The notes below the pieces were generated by a model, which was not told the DNA's origin, ran no database searches, and worked only from the letters and a program-made list of their open reading frames with translations. The position numbers and the translations under genes were made by a program. Shown here in pieces: positions 12,001-24,900 of a stretch of 64,000 nt of DNA. Origin of the DNA: Bilabrum cf. latius (Eukaryota); contig OZ237761.1 of NCBI GenBank assembly GCA_965178125.1, positions 744,001 through 808,000 on the forward strand, given 5' to 3'. Position 1 is the first letter of the stretch, and the number at the start of each line of letters is the position of its first letter.

Positions 12001-13294
12001 GAAGCAGGAGTCGCTTGCCTACGCGTACGAGAAGATGGTGCGTGTGGCAGGACTCCGGCACGCCTCGTTGTTTCGGGAGGCTGTGGCGGCAGTTGTGCTG
12101 CACAGGGCTTGCCGGGCTGCTGCCGCTGCCTGGGAGGCCCTGCAGGTCCTGGAGAGCGAGGGCTCGGGAGTGGATGCCGGGGAGTCGATGGGGCCAGGCG
12201 CCATGCCGCAGGAGGCTCGGGAGGTGCTGTGCGGGCTCGTGTTCGGTGGCGACGAGGAGGCGGCCGCTGCGGCTGCGCTGGCTGGGGCGATTCGAGCAAG
12301 GCTGTACTCAAAGGGTGCCCCCGAGACGGCGGAGAGATGGGACGGGGACAGCAGCCAGAGGCGCCTGCGGGCGATGGGTGTGTTCCCCAGTGAGATGGAG
12401 GCTGCAGAGGCCATGTCAGGCGCCGGGGGTGTGCTAGAGGCTGGTGCGGGCGGTGCGTCAGCGGTGCGTGGGAAGGTCGGGGCTCTAAGGGCGTGCCTCG
12501 CGGCCGAAGAGGCGCTGGATGCAATGGATCGGGATGCGTGGGAGGACCAGCCAGGCGATACGGGGGATGGAGGGAAGAGGCAGAGGTCGAAGAGGGTCCC
12601 GGTGGCCGCGCCGCTTGCGCACTACGCGGGTATCATGCTGTCTGACCTGGTGGATGATGCGACCACAATCGCTAGAGAGGAGCTGGCGGCGGCGCAGGGA
12701 CTGGGGCAGGAGGGTGGCCATGGTGGTGGGGAGCCGATGGCACCGGCGGACGCAGCAGCCGGGATGGGTGGGGACGGCAGGCACGAAGATTCAAGCGACG
12801 AAGATGACGAGGACGAAGACGAGGACGAGGACGGCATCTTGGCGCAGGAGCAGGCGATCGCTGACGATCTGGCCGTGGCGCTGGAGGCTGCCCTGGGCCA
12901 GCGGCGGGCGGGAGAGCCTTTGGCTGGGGCCCGCGGTGCTGGTGCTGGTGCTGGTGTGGCTGCTGGTGCTGGTGCTGGTGCACACGGTGGGGTCATTCAT
13001 GGACTGGACCCAGGCGTGGCAGCGGCTCTTGCGGATCACCCTGAGCTCCTGGAGGAGGCGATGGCAGCGGAGCAAGCAATGGGGCTTCGTGGTGGTGGTG
13101 GCGGTGCCGGGCAAGGGGCTGCGGCTGGGGGGTAGGAGGCGGGCGAAGGCGAGGGCGAGGAACAGTCACTGATGATGGCTCTGCTGAGTCCCCTGCTGCC
13201 TTGGACGAGGACAAACCAGGGCGGTGGAGGAGGAGGCAACCAGAGCTAGGGTGGTGGTGCTGGCGGGGGTGCCGCGCCTGGTGAGGATGGATGA
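9092..13294 (+). CDS. TCF25: TCF25/Rqc1 ribosome quality-control protein, ~1400 aa with low-complexity insertions
   Basis: FAMQHSVPYAMQQRAFEQAV...NPHHIDGALQLAE...RLPFSTLENRAVYTTLFRHM...LLGLSPVRDPM...LDYY. The family-type C-terminal LLSPLLPW is reached only after five TAGs. TAGs at 10019, 11192, 11258, 11675, 13133 and 13247. Ends TGA. Confidence 0.9.
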
Positions 13295-13411
13295 GTGTAA
13301 CTAGACAGGGCGACAACTGAATCGAATCAATTCCTGTTGGGTAGCCCTCCAGTCGCGTTTGCGTACCCGTTCGTATCCGGATGTAGCTTCTGATCTTCAC
13401 CGTAGAACGGA

Positions 13412-16400
13412 TCATGCCTCCGCCTTGGCACGCTGCACTCCAGCCCGACGTGCCCACGCCATCACGGCAGCCATCGGGCACAAACGCCTCTCCCTCAAAA
13501 GCGACGACTTCGCACACGCCGGCACGGGCCAGTCCAACGGCACGCCGTGCTGTCCAAGAGCCAGCCTAAGCAGCAGTCGAGGGTCCCCTTCCGGTCCCAG
13601 TCGAGCCAGGCACGCAGCCACATCCCTGACTCCTCCACCCCGCCCGCACCCGGCCGCGCGCACCGCGCTATCCGCCACCTGGACCGCCTCCATCTCGAGG
13701 TCGAGGGCGAGCAAGGGGTCGTCTGGGACCCACGGCAACTAGGACCCGGCAGCGGATGATGAGGAGGAGGATGGGCGCCCTCCCGTGTCAACAGGACCCT
13801 AGGGCACGGGGTCGTGCGCCGCAGCCTGCAGCAGGAGACCCTCGTAGAATCGAGCCGCGAGCTGCTGAGACCTGCTCAGCCCGTCTCCTGGGCCCGACTC
13901 GTGGATTGTTGAATCCCCATCCGGTAGTACTTCGGAGACATTCCGCTGGTGCGCCAGGTCCACGCCGTCCTGGCCACTGGGCCTCCCAGTGGACTGCAGT
14001 CGGAAGGCCTCAATGCGGCTCAAGACCGGGGAGCCGGCGATGCCCCGGGGCACCTGTGCTCGAGCCTCGCTGCTTGCGGCTGGCTTGCTCGTTGACGATG
14101 CAAGCTACACGGAACCGCCGGCTTCACTCAGCAGTCGATGCACCTCTCTAGCTTCGCGCGTCTGGCAGTTGCCTTCTGGTTCATTCGCATCGCAGTGTAG
14201 TACACCCGCGCTGGCAACGGGCACGCGCCACACGTTGCCCTGAGGTGCCAGCTGCTTGGGAGAGGCACCGAGCGCCACAAGTGCACCCACCGCCTGCAAA
14301 CGCTCGACATCACTGATATATAGCATGGCTCTGGGCAAGGACCCGTCCTGCCATGCGCCGTGTCCCGCTGGTGGAAGCACAAGGTTAAACGGGCCCACGC
14401 TGCCCTTGCTTGCCTGCAGCCGCGATTCCTACGCCCTGAGACCTTCCGGGCCAGCGGCAATGTCTACCCCCATGGCTCGCTTCAACCCACTACTCTCTCC
14501 AGAAACCGGTTCACCCAGCCCAACGCTGAGGTCCGGCTCCACGTACCCGTCGACAGGTGCTGTATCCCCATCCAGCCCGTCGTCAGCGAGCCCGCTGCTC
14601 CCATCCGTCGCACCTGCCTGCTCGCCTGTGCCCCCCTCCCGCACTGACCTCATGGCATCTCGCAATGGCCCCGGCAGCCTCGACCCATGTGTGTCCTCCC
14701 CGGCGATGTCCGCCACACCCGACCGCATCATGGCGCCATGGGCTCGCTTGGCAGCATGGGCGGCCTCCTTGCCTGTCATTGCGTCCCACTGACCTGCCAT
14801 CATGTCCCGCAAGACGACGCGGGATGACTGGTTGGGTGCGCGCTTGCAACCCACGAATGATGGCAGTCCATTGATTGCCGCCACATCGCCAGTCCCCGTC
14901 GCAGCACCAACACCAGGGCATGCCTCCAAGGCCCACTACTCCGCCACCGGGTCTCTTCCCCGCACTAGCGCGAGCCTGACTCGGCTCGCCCAGTCGTTCA
15001 CTTGCCACTGGAGAGCTTCCTGCTGGACCTGAAGCGAACTCACCCACAGTCCGAGGTCCCTCCGCAGCAGCACGCCCGCGAGCACCGCACCCCTTGGTGG
15101 CCTGGTGGCGCCGTTTGACGACGTGTTCGAGGCGGAAAATGACTCGCTATGCGCACGTGGTAACAGCCCGTCGCACAACGACTCGCCCTGCGGCATAACA
15201 CCTGGTCTCTGCGACCCTGCCCCAGTCCTGGTCGCTGCCAGTCCATGCCTGTGCACCGCTTCGCACGCGTCCACCAGCCCGCTGGCAAAAGCAATGCCAG
15301 GGACGGACACCGTCGGGAGATCGTCCGCCGCGCCGCGCTACTGTGGCTACCCTGGGTGAACTGCACTGGCGCCCGGATACATGTCTTGCTCAGCATTAGG
15401 CACAGTCTCGCCGACTCCTGTCCCTCCCGACGCGGGCAGCATTGAGCGGCCAGTGATCAGGCCCGCGATGGCATTCGCGGTGCGCTCCAGCTTCTTCAAG
15501 TACGATGCTTCCGTCCCGATCCCCGGTGTGCGCCCCTCGCCTGCTTGCTGGCGATCAGTGGGGATGATGCCCATTCCGCCTGCTTCCTGGGGCATGCCAC
15601 TACCCACCTCTCCAGAGTCGAATCCTGCATCCATCTCGCTGCCAATCGATGGGTACTGGGCGCGCAGCCGCTCCAGAACGGTAGACAGGGGGTCGTAGGG
15701 CACCCCATCCGGTACGCCCGGTACCGCCGCCCCTTCCGTCCGCTGCAGATGGTACGTTTTTCTACCTTGCCTCGCGATCGACTGTGACTCGAGCACTGCA
15801 GGCATGCGGCGCGTCGTAAGGAGCACGGCGGTCTCCGCAATCAACACGGGCCATTCTGACGATGCGTTGCTAGCGTCAAGGTTTGAAGGCAAGGTCGAGC
15901 CACTCGTGGTCGCAGTGCGGAGCCCCATGCTGCCGAAAAGCTCGACCATCTCCTGCACCAGTCCCAGCTCATTGCCCCAGCGCACTGCGATCGAGTCTAG
16001 CAACCGCTCGATTGATTCTGCCAGTGGGTCCTCCGTCCAGGCAGGACAGCCGTCGTGCGCGGGGTCCGGCGCGGCCACTACGACAAGTGCAGTGCCAAGC
16101 TGCTTGGCTGCAGACTGGAGAGCAGACAGCTGCTCTTCGCTGCGGGCTGACTGCTGAGGTGTGCCACTGCCACTGCCACTGCCACTGCCACTGCCACTGC
16201 CACTGCCACTGCCACTGCTGGCTTGCTCGGTCTCTTCGACAGCGTGAAGCGGGGCCAGTGCTCGTGATACAATGTCGGGCAGCGCATACGCATCGCCCCA
16301 GTCCACACATTGCTCGGTAAAATCCATGCTGCCTGCGATCCTCCTGGGCGCGCTGCCTCCATCAATGAGCAAGCCTCGAAGCACCTCCAGGCCTGGAAGC

Positions 16401-16768
16401 AATGGCGTATCCCGGCAGCCGCGACTCACAAGAGCAGCACCGCCTCCTCGCACAGACGACCCGTACGCAATCCTGTTTGGAGTTTGCGAAGCCGAAGAGG
16501 CCCCAAATTCTTGCAACAATCTCCTGTCTTTGTCTAGCAGGTGAAAGTCTTGGCTGTGGCCATCCACGATGCTGGATGCGACCATCTTCCTCAGTTGACC
16601 TCTGAATTGTTGCAACTGACCGCTTTCAGCACTCATTGAATAGTCTAATGCGCTTAGCACGAACAACGCTTGCCGCAGAGGGGCGTGATAGTGGCTATCT
16701 CCGACCTGCACTTGCATCATAGCAAGCTGCGCTGGACCCTGTGCCAGAGAGTCGAATTCTGCCGACAT
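13412..16768 (-). CDS. Hypothetical protein, ~1100 aa (start may extend to 16909)
   Basis: Six ORF-track pieces lie in one frame, separated only by TAG (15347, 15338, 14936, 14429, 14105, 13799, 13739). Ends TGA 13412-13414. No family recognised. Confidence 0.7.
16162..16218 (-). repeat. Coding hexanucleotide microsatellite encoding (GS)n
   Basis: (TGCCAC)n, about 9 copies, on the + strand. Confidence 0.9.
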
Positions 16769-17166
16769 GTGGAGCTATGCATTGATATAAGTTATACATA
16801 CCACGAAAGGGAGCCACACTAAATGGCCGCTGTTGCGATCTCGATACACATTGGATATCACCGACGGCCTGCGATGGTGATGCCGCTTTTGCTGCAACTG
16901 GCACCCCATGGTCGCAACACGAACACAAACTGAGTGCTCGGCACAGCAGACTATTGGCTAAAGTGCCTGATCAGCTCGCTGGAAGCGTCTGGTCGTAGAC
17001 TTCAGCGGGTGCAGTCTTGTTCGTGCGAACAAACCGATGAACCGAACCCGGAAGCCAGACTACGACACATTGCCGCGGGCCGCGGCACCCTGCTGAAACC
17101 CAGCCCCTGCGCATGCTATGGACTGCTCATGAACACATTAATCCAAGCAGGTGGTGTTGCGAATCA

Positions 17167-18741
17167 TTACAACTTGGCAGCAGTTCCATGCCCCTGCCCA
17201 CTCCCATCCACGCCGCTGCAGCTGCCGCTGCTGCTGCTGCCCGAGGCACCGCCCCTCGCGGCCCCATGAGCAGGAGCACCATCACCGGCGCCTGTGCCAC
17301 TCCACGTGGAACCTGCCGACGCAGCAACGCCACCCCCTGACGTGCCCTCGCCCTCGCCCTCGCCTGCCATCCACCTGGCCACAGTCCTGTTCAATGCCTC
17401 TATCTCGATGAGGAACCCATCATGCCCGTGGGGGCTGCGCACCACGCTGAGGCTGCCTCGTGGCGAGGCTCTCGCGATCGATTCCTGCAGGGCCAGGGGG
17501 TACAGGAGGTCGGAATCCACACCCACGACGAGGAGACGGTGCGGCAGCCGAGACAGAACGCCCTCTGCCCCCCCTGCCCTGCGCCTCCCGATGTCGTGCT
17601 GATCGATGCAGTAGGTCAGCGACACATAGCAGGCCGGGTCAAATCTGCTCGTGAACTTGTCGCCCTGGTAGTGCAGGTAGCTCTCGATCGACGAGTATGG
17701 CTGCACGGCGATTCGATCAGGCGAGCTAGCAGTGGAGCTAGGCACCCGCACGAGCGATGTTGCTGGCTCAGAGCCTGCCGGGCTTGCGGCACGGGGCGCG
17801 GTAGAGTCACCCGAATCTCCTGCCTCTGCCTCTGCCTCCCACGCTCTATCAGGACTCTTGGGCGGCTCACTTCTGCCCGCGCCATCCCCAAGCCACGGCC
17901 CGCCCTTAGTGCGTATTCTCTCCGGCCTGCGCTTGCCCATGCCCACCCTACCGAACTTTGAGGTGAAGCTGGGCGGCGTCCGGTAAGACAGCATGGCAAG
18001 CATCCGGGCGGAGGAGAGGCCACGGACAGGGGGGTCTTCCAGTGGATAGGAGCCGCCCCTCCACTTCGGATCCGTGAAGATCGCTTGCCGTCCTGCTTCT
18101 CCCCAGCCGATGGCCCAGGCCGTGTGAGACGCGCAGCCCGCGATGGCTACCACGCCGCCGTCCGCCGCGGACGACACAAAGTCTGGGTAAGTCGCTGCAA
18201 ATTCCAGGGCTAGCATTGCTCCCATGCTTCCACCCACAACGTACTTCAGTTGCTGTACGCCCAAACCGACACGAAGTACGTGGTGCATCGCTGCAGCTTG
18301 ATCTCGCATGGTAACTGGGAACGGAAAGTCTCCGCCGTACGGTTTACCAGACGTAGACCCGGCAGTAATCGGCGAGCAAGAGCCATACGGAGACCCAATG
18401 TAGTTGCAGCACACAACAAAGAGTGAGCTTTGGTCTAGGCAGTACTTGGGACCCTCTCCCAACATTGCGCGCCACCACTGGTGGATGTGCGAATTGCTAG
18501 TAAGACTATGTCCGACCAGAACGGCGTTAGTGCCGTCGGGTGAAAGTGTTCCATATGCTGTGTACGTCACCGGGACATTCCGTAAGGTGCGTCCGCACTC
18601 GAAGCGAAAGGCAGGGATGATGAAGGTGCGAGTGCCTTCTGGAGCACCCATCGTGGCAGACGACATGTGATCGCCGGGCACAGGCCCCCCACTAGATGCA
18701 GTCATGTCTATGGTGCTACTTTTGGTTTCAACTTGTGACAT
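17167..18741 (-). CDS. MET2: Homoserine O-acetyltransferase family (MetX/Met2), ~524 aa, C-terminal PTS1-like AKL
   Basis: VTYTAYGTL...NAVLVGHSLT...WW, nucleophile motif VVGGSMG, ARMLAMLSYRT, ESYLHYQGDKFTSRFDP, SDLLYP, catalytic HGHDGFLIE. No internal stop. Ends TAA immediately followed by TGA. The start is uncertain by a few codons. Confidence 0.9.
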   Translation of the reverse strand: MSQVETKSSTIDMTASSGGPVPGDHMSSATMGAPEGTRTFIIPAFRFECGRTLRNVPVTYTAYGTLSPDGTNAVLVGHSLTSNSHIHQWWRAMLGEGPKYCLDQSSLFVVCCNYIGSPYGSCSPITAGSTSGKPYGGDFPFPVTMRDQAAAMHHVLRVGLGVQQLKYVVGGSMGAMLALEFAATYPDFVSSAADGGVVAIAGCASHTAWAIGWGEAGRQAIFTDPKWRGGSYPLEDPPVRGLSSARMLAMLSYRTPPSFTSKFGRVGMGKRRPERIRTKGGPWLGDGAGRSEPPKSPDRAWEAEAEAGDSGDSTAPRAASPAGSEPATSLVRVPSSTASSPDRIAVQPYSSIESYLHYQGDKFTSRFDPACYVSLTYCIDQHDIGRRRAGGAEGVLSRLPHRLLVVGVDSDLLYPLALQESIARASPRGSLSVVRSPHGHDGFLIEIEALNRTVARWMAGEGEGEGTSGGGVAASAGSTWSGTGAGDGAPAHGAARGGASGSSSSGSCSGVDGSGQGHGTAAKL

Positions 18742-18933
18742 GATTAGCTCGGATATCAAGCAAAACTGGCATCCAAGGGTGGCCCAGTTCCAGTTCCGGA
18801 TCCTCTGTGCTGGTCCGCCAGGCCTGCCCAAATTGAACAATCAATCCTCTGTCTGCCAGGCTCGCACCTTGCATGTATTCTAATGTCAGTATCTGTGACC
18901 TTAATTCGTTCAGACAAGAGCTCATCCACGTGC

Positions 18934-21900
18934 TCACTTGGCCACACCTCCGCCGCCTACACCCGCGCCCCCGCCACTGGCATCGGCGCTGGATTTCCTG
19001 CTCCGAGTCGCCCTCCCGCCCTTGCTCCCGCTCCTAGCTCGGAGCCCCCCTGCTTCCCCCATGGGCCTCTCCCCTGCCGCGCTGGTCCTCCGCTCGAACA
19101 CCTGCCTCCGCTGTTGGAACTCGTCCGTCCAACCTGCAGGCACGTCGCTCCGGCCCGCCCCCACGGCCGCATCTGCCTGCCGCTCCTCTGCCACTTGGGT
19201 CGAACTCGTCAGGCCTGAAGGAGCAGTGCCGCCCGCAGGCGCATTGCTCATCACACCACCAGACACACCCACGGCCTCACTGTTCGTCACACCCCCTGAC
19301 GGCGCCACGGCCTCGCTGCTAAGGTGCCTCCTGCTCAGGTGCCTGGGACGGGTGGGCAGCAAAGGCGCACGGCGGGAGGCACCCTACACAGCCTCGCTAG
19401 TTGCACTCGTCACACCTGCCGGCAGCGCCCCCTCGGCACTCGCGAACCTCCTCAGGGTGCCCCCCTTGTTGCCTGGGAGGGGGAGGCCAGGGCGCGGGTG
19501 TCCCCCGGTGGCGCCATCCCCGCTCTGGCTCGGGCTCTGGCTCTGGCTCTGGCTCGGGCTCGGTGTCGGGGGAACACCACTACCACTGATACTGGAGGCG
19601 GGTGAAGGGAGCGCCGAGGCCGAGGCCAGGGCCAGCCTCGAGAGAGGGGACTCGGAATCGGAGGGCCGGGCGGGGACTGGGGGGGGCTGCGTGGGCGGCG
19701 CCGAGCTGAACCGGCCCGCTACTGGCGCAGTTTGCCCTTCCCCGTTCGACGAAACTTTGAGGGGACGTGTAGCAGCAGCAGCAGCAGACTCTACCCCATT
19801 TGCCTACTGCTTGCGCTCCTTGTCCATGGCGCCCTCTGCCTTGGTGGGCAGCGCGATGGCCCCCTTGGGTGGCTTGGCCGGGCTGTATCCATCCGACCTG
19901 CGCCGAGGCCTGGGAGCCTCTTGCACTGCCACTGGGCCATTGTGCTCCTATCCTTGCACTTTCCCTTGCCCTTGCCCTTGCCCTTGCCCTTGCCATTGCC
20001 CCTATTGCTGCTCCTCCTTGCCAAGCGACTGGTCCTCATGCTCGTTGTGAGATGGGTCATCTCGCGTGGAATCGGGACGCAGCGCCAGTCGACTCTGCGG
20101 CTCGCCCTCGTCCCTGGCTTGTGCGTCGGCCTGCTTCGGCCTAGGCGGAGGGCGGGGCTTGTGCTTGGGCTGAAAAGGCTCAGCGATGGACGTGGCCGCA
20201 GCCTTGGCCTAGCCATTTGCCTGCCCAATTCCCGCATCAACGGCCCGTTGCGCTTTCGATTCCGATTCCCCACCCGACTCGGAATCAGATTCCGAGCCAG
20301 AGTCTCCGTCCTCCCCGTATTCATAGAGCCCCACTCGACGCGCCACCACGGGCAGCACCGGGGGCAGCTGCTTGCGGAACAGGGGTGCGCTGGGCACGTG
20401 CTGCAGCCACGCCCGCGCCGCTGCAGGCACTCCCTTCAGGCTGACACCGTCCACCACATTTGGCAAGGCGCCTCGAGTGCCCTTCTAGCCCTTGCCTTTG
20501 CCATCAGCCCCAGACGCAGATGTAGAGGCAGAGGCAGAGGCCCCTTCCACTCCCTCTTCCGTGTCCCACGGGTCGTCCCCTTTGTCCACCGAGGCAGCCA
20601 CGGGCACCAGCCCCGCGAGCAGGAACCCCTCCAGAGCAGCGGCCCTCCGCCTCATCTCCTCCTCCCTCCGCGCTGCCTCCACCCTCCTCCGCTGCTGCTC
20701 CTCCGCCTCCCGCTGTGCCTCCGCCCGCTCCCTCGCCTGGGCCGCCCAGCGAGCCAGCGCGCCACCGGGGAAGGGGCGCGTGTCCGCGGAGGAGCGCCGG
20801 TTGCCGCCCGCGCCGGACGCCGGCTCTGCATCGTCCGGAATCGAAATGCTCCCGCTGCCACCGCGGTCAGCCGATCCCATCTTGCCTGGCCGTCCTTCCC
20901 GCCTCAACCCCTCCCCCTCACCCAGCACCATCACACCCATCCCCATCCCCACCCCCTCGTCATCCTCGTCCTCGCCGCTGCTCAGTGGGGCATCCTCCTC
21001 CAAGTCATCGACGCCCGCGCCATCCGATTCCGAGTCGCTGAACCCAGGGAGCTCCTCGGAGCCCCCGCTCTCTGCCCCCAGCAGGCCGCGTTTGGACCGC
21101 CGGCCAGTGGATCCAGATCCCTTGCTGGCCCCTCCCTGAGACAGCGGAGACGCCGCACCCCCGCCCCTGCCCCCGCCCCCGCCCCCGCTGACCCCTTTCG
21201 CTAAGACGCTCCCGGATCCCCGTCGATCCGCCACCACGAGCCCCCCTCCTCCCTCCGTTGTTCTCCGAGCCCCCACACTCAGCATGGCCCCCATCGCGGC
21301 TGCCGGCAGAGGGGCCAGGATGCTGCCGCTGTGCCCCGGCCGGGCCACCATCCTGGCCGACAGCTGCCTGCACACCTCCGCCTGTGCCGTCGAGAACGCC
21401 TCGGGGATGCCTGGCCTCTCCTCCCTCAAGATAGCCGCGATACTGCCAGGCATCTCCCCCTCGCCCACACCGTCCCCATCCCCGTCTTCGTCCTGCTTGC
21501 CCTCACCGGCCCCCGCCCCCAGCATGGGGAGGTAGTCTCCCGATGGGGGGAGAGCCCCTGAGGTGCTGCCCATCGCCCGAGCCTCCGCGGCGGCATCGGG
21601 TCGCAGGAGCAGCGTGAAGCCCGCCCCCACCGGGGTGTGGTCGCTGGCGTCCTCGTCCTCGAAGCAGTCGTACTGGTGCCACACCACGTCGGGCATCTTG
21701 GGGCGCACGCACGTGGGGCGGCGCAGCAGCACGCGGTCCGTGTAGCTGGGCGTGCGGGCCGCCCGCATGGCCTTGGGGCTGTCCCCCCCAACGGTGAATG
21801 CCTTCTTCAAGAGATCCTCTCGGGTGAAATCTCCCGCCTGCCGCCTCATGGGGTATCCCCCCTTCGCGACCCTCACTCTCCTGTAGGACGGAGGGAACGT

Positions 21901-24900
21901 GATGGCTGCCTCCTCGAAGCCAACGAGCGCGGCACCAACGTGCATGACCTCCCGCAACTCATCCATGCACAGCAGGCGGTGCCACGGCCGCTCGAGCCGA
22001 CGGGCCGCCCGCAGCGCAGCCGGCTCAGAGCTGCCTGCCGCCCGCAGGGAGACCCGCCTGGCTGCCATGACCTCCGCCTCCGCCTTGGCGATGGCCCGCA
22101 CTGCCTGCTCCGGGGACATCCTCACCCGGTAGTTGAGGTCGCCCACGAGGAACACGAAGCCCTGGGATGGGGGCGGCAGCTCGTCCCTCTCTGCGGCCAA
22201 CAGCGCTGCCTCTTTGGCCAGCCGCTTGGCCTCTGTCGGCGTAAGGGGCTGCTCGGGAGCGGGATCCAGCGGGTCCTCGTCGACGCCGCCCCGGACCTCC
22301 AGACCCCCGCGAGCATCTGCACCCGGTGTACCATCGAGCCCCACCGCGGTGTTGCCCAGACCAGAGGGATGCACCCGGGCGAGGCGACCCCCCGGGGAGG
22401 CACCCGGTCCACGATGACCCGGGGCGGGGGCGAATGCCTGCCCCTTTCCAGACCCGCCGTCCAGGACCAGAGGAGCCTCGTCTTCTTCTTCGAAGGTCCG
22501 GTCGCCAGCCTCGGTCGTGGTCCCACCTGCGCCACTGGAAGCTCCATGGGTCTGGGTCTAGGTCTGGGGTTGGGGCTGGGTCGTGCTGGACGGGGTGGGC
22601 GCGCTCGGGAGAAGGTAGGGCTCCTCTGCGGCATCCAGGGCCGCTGTGGATCCGTGGACTGCATCTGCGCCGCTGCCGCTGCCATTGGGCGCAGAGACAG
22701 AGGCCGGCTGCACGTCCAAGTCCAGGGGCAGGCGCCCGGCACCCAGCCCCTGCTGCTGGGTCCTGGACCCCACGGCCCGCTGGCTCGAGCTGCGGACCAT
22801 CGCAAGCTGCCTCTTTCCCTTACCCTCCATAAGGCCGGAGACGCGCCCGGAGGAAGCCCCCCTGCCCCTGCCGCTGTCAGCACTGGCCCGACGAGAGCGG
22901 GGACCCGCCCCCTGTCCCACGGGCTGCATGGCTCCTGCGGCTATCTTCTCGCCGCTGCTGACCACCCCGCCCACTGCCCTGCTGCGCACCTCAACGGCCC
23001 CGACTCTTGAAGACCCGCCCGCCGCGGCACCTTTGCTGCCCGCTGGGTTTGTACCCGTGCTCCGCTACGACCGGATGCGGGGGGACGTCCTGGAGGACGA
23101 TCGGAGACCCTCCAGCACATCCCGCACTCGAGCGATGGACCAGCCGGATGATGACGAGGACGAGGACGAGGACGAGAGATGCGGATGTCCCTCTCCTCCA
23201 TGCAGGGTGCTCCGCGGGGACTGCTCGCCGCTGTGCCGCTCCTCGCCGGAGACCGACCCAGGCAACCCCACGGCCACTCGGAGCATGGGGCTGTGCGGCG
23301 GGTCTTTGGCCTCGCTGCTGCCCGCAGATGCCCCGCTCAGAATGGGCCCTCGTGCCATCGTCAGCGCACCGGACTCGCTCCCCGCCGGACCAGCCGCCTC
23401 GCTGCGGGACACGGAAGCGCTGCCACTCGGCTCGTGATGCCCAGCAGCTATGGAGCCGCCACCGCCTCCCTGGTCCCTGCCCACGCTCCTGGCCACACTC
23501 CCCGGGGCACTCCGGCCCCCGATCGTCGAGGCGCCGTGCAGCCCTGCCCCCTCACTGCCCATCCCCGCCACGGTCCCCGCGCCCACTGCACTCTCCTCCT
23601 CGATGATGGACAGCGCGCTGTCTCGGGTGGGGCGAGCAGCAGGGGCAGGCAGTCCGCCGGACGTTTGCGCCGCTCTTGCCTATGCTGTTTCATCTGCCTG
23701 AGGTGGCTGTCCCGTCTGTTGGGATCCGTTCTGCGGCCGCGAATCCTGCGACTCTCCCAGACCCTTGCCTCCAACCAAGGCCCCCTCGAGGCCACTCCCA
23801 CTCCCACTCCCTGTCCCTCTCCCTGTCCCTGTCCCTGCGCCTATCTCCGTGCTGGTGCCTGCATCAGTCTTAGCTTCACGGTCCTGCGCGCCCTCGTGCT
23901 CGAAGGGCAGCGCCCCTTCGGCAGCGTGTTCCCTGGCAATCCGCGCAGCAAGCAGGGCCAGGCCCAGCCTGTCTGATCCAGCGGAACTGCCGCCAGTCGC
24001 CATGCCAGTCGCTCCCCTGGCGCACTCGAACGCAGCCAGAGCAGCAGACACCGCCTCCAGACTGGCAGCCGAGGCAGACTCCCCCACTTCCTGTGCGGAT
24101 ATGATGTGCTGGTTCCCATTGGGGGGCGTGCTCGCGGATGCCCCGTGGCCCCACTTTGAGCCTCCCCTGCTACCACCACCCATCTGCCCCTCCCCCCAGC
24201 TTGCGTGCACGCCCTCGCCCTCCCCCCCGTCCCCCCTCGGGCTCTCCGCCCCGAACGAGTCCAGCCTTGATACACCAGTCAGAGTCCGCTCGATCTGACC
24301 CCCGCCATCCTCGCGGCCACCGTACTGAGCGTCATTTCTACTATGCTCCAGACCCCGGCCGCCAGTGCCCGAGCTGCCGGCCCCTCGCCCCATCCCCATC
24401 CCGCTACCCTAGCTCGAAGCTCCGCTCGGGTCCCTGCTGTGTTCCCCCAGGATGGTGGGTCTGCGGGAGCTATCCTCCAGCATCGTGGGCCGGCGGGTGG
24501 CACCTTCACTCCCCAGCAAGGAGCTGATGGCCCCTGCGCGCCCCGTCCCTCCATCTCTCCCTCCTTCCTCACGTAGAGCGCCCCCGTGCTGCATTGTGCC
24601 CATCGTGCCCATGGCTCCATCCTCCAGCTGACTACCACCGATGGTCGGAGACAGGCGAGACCCCGGCATCGCGCGGCTGGGCGGCCTGTGCGAGTTGGCG
24701 CCGCTGTTGGGGAACACAGACACGGCGAGGGAGTCTTCCGGGGGCGGGTCCAGGCTGCCGACCCCTGCCGGTGTGCCCACCCCGCTGCCCCTTGCGCTCC
24801 CACTCCCGCCCAGAATGGCCCTGCCCGCCGCTGGCCTTCTGTTGTTGATGCTGCCGACAATGAAACTGCCCGACTGCGAGGGCAGCGACTCCCCGACACC

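Noticed and set aside
2468-13294. Functional clustering of UFD1 and TCF25/Rqc1 (Cdc48-RQC pathway)
   Set aside because: They are separated by two unrelated genes; proximity in a gene-dense genome is probably chance.
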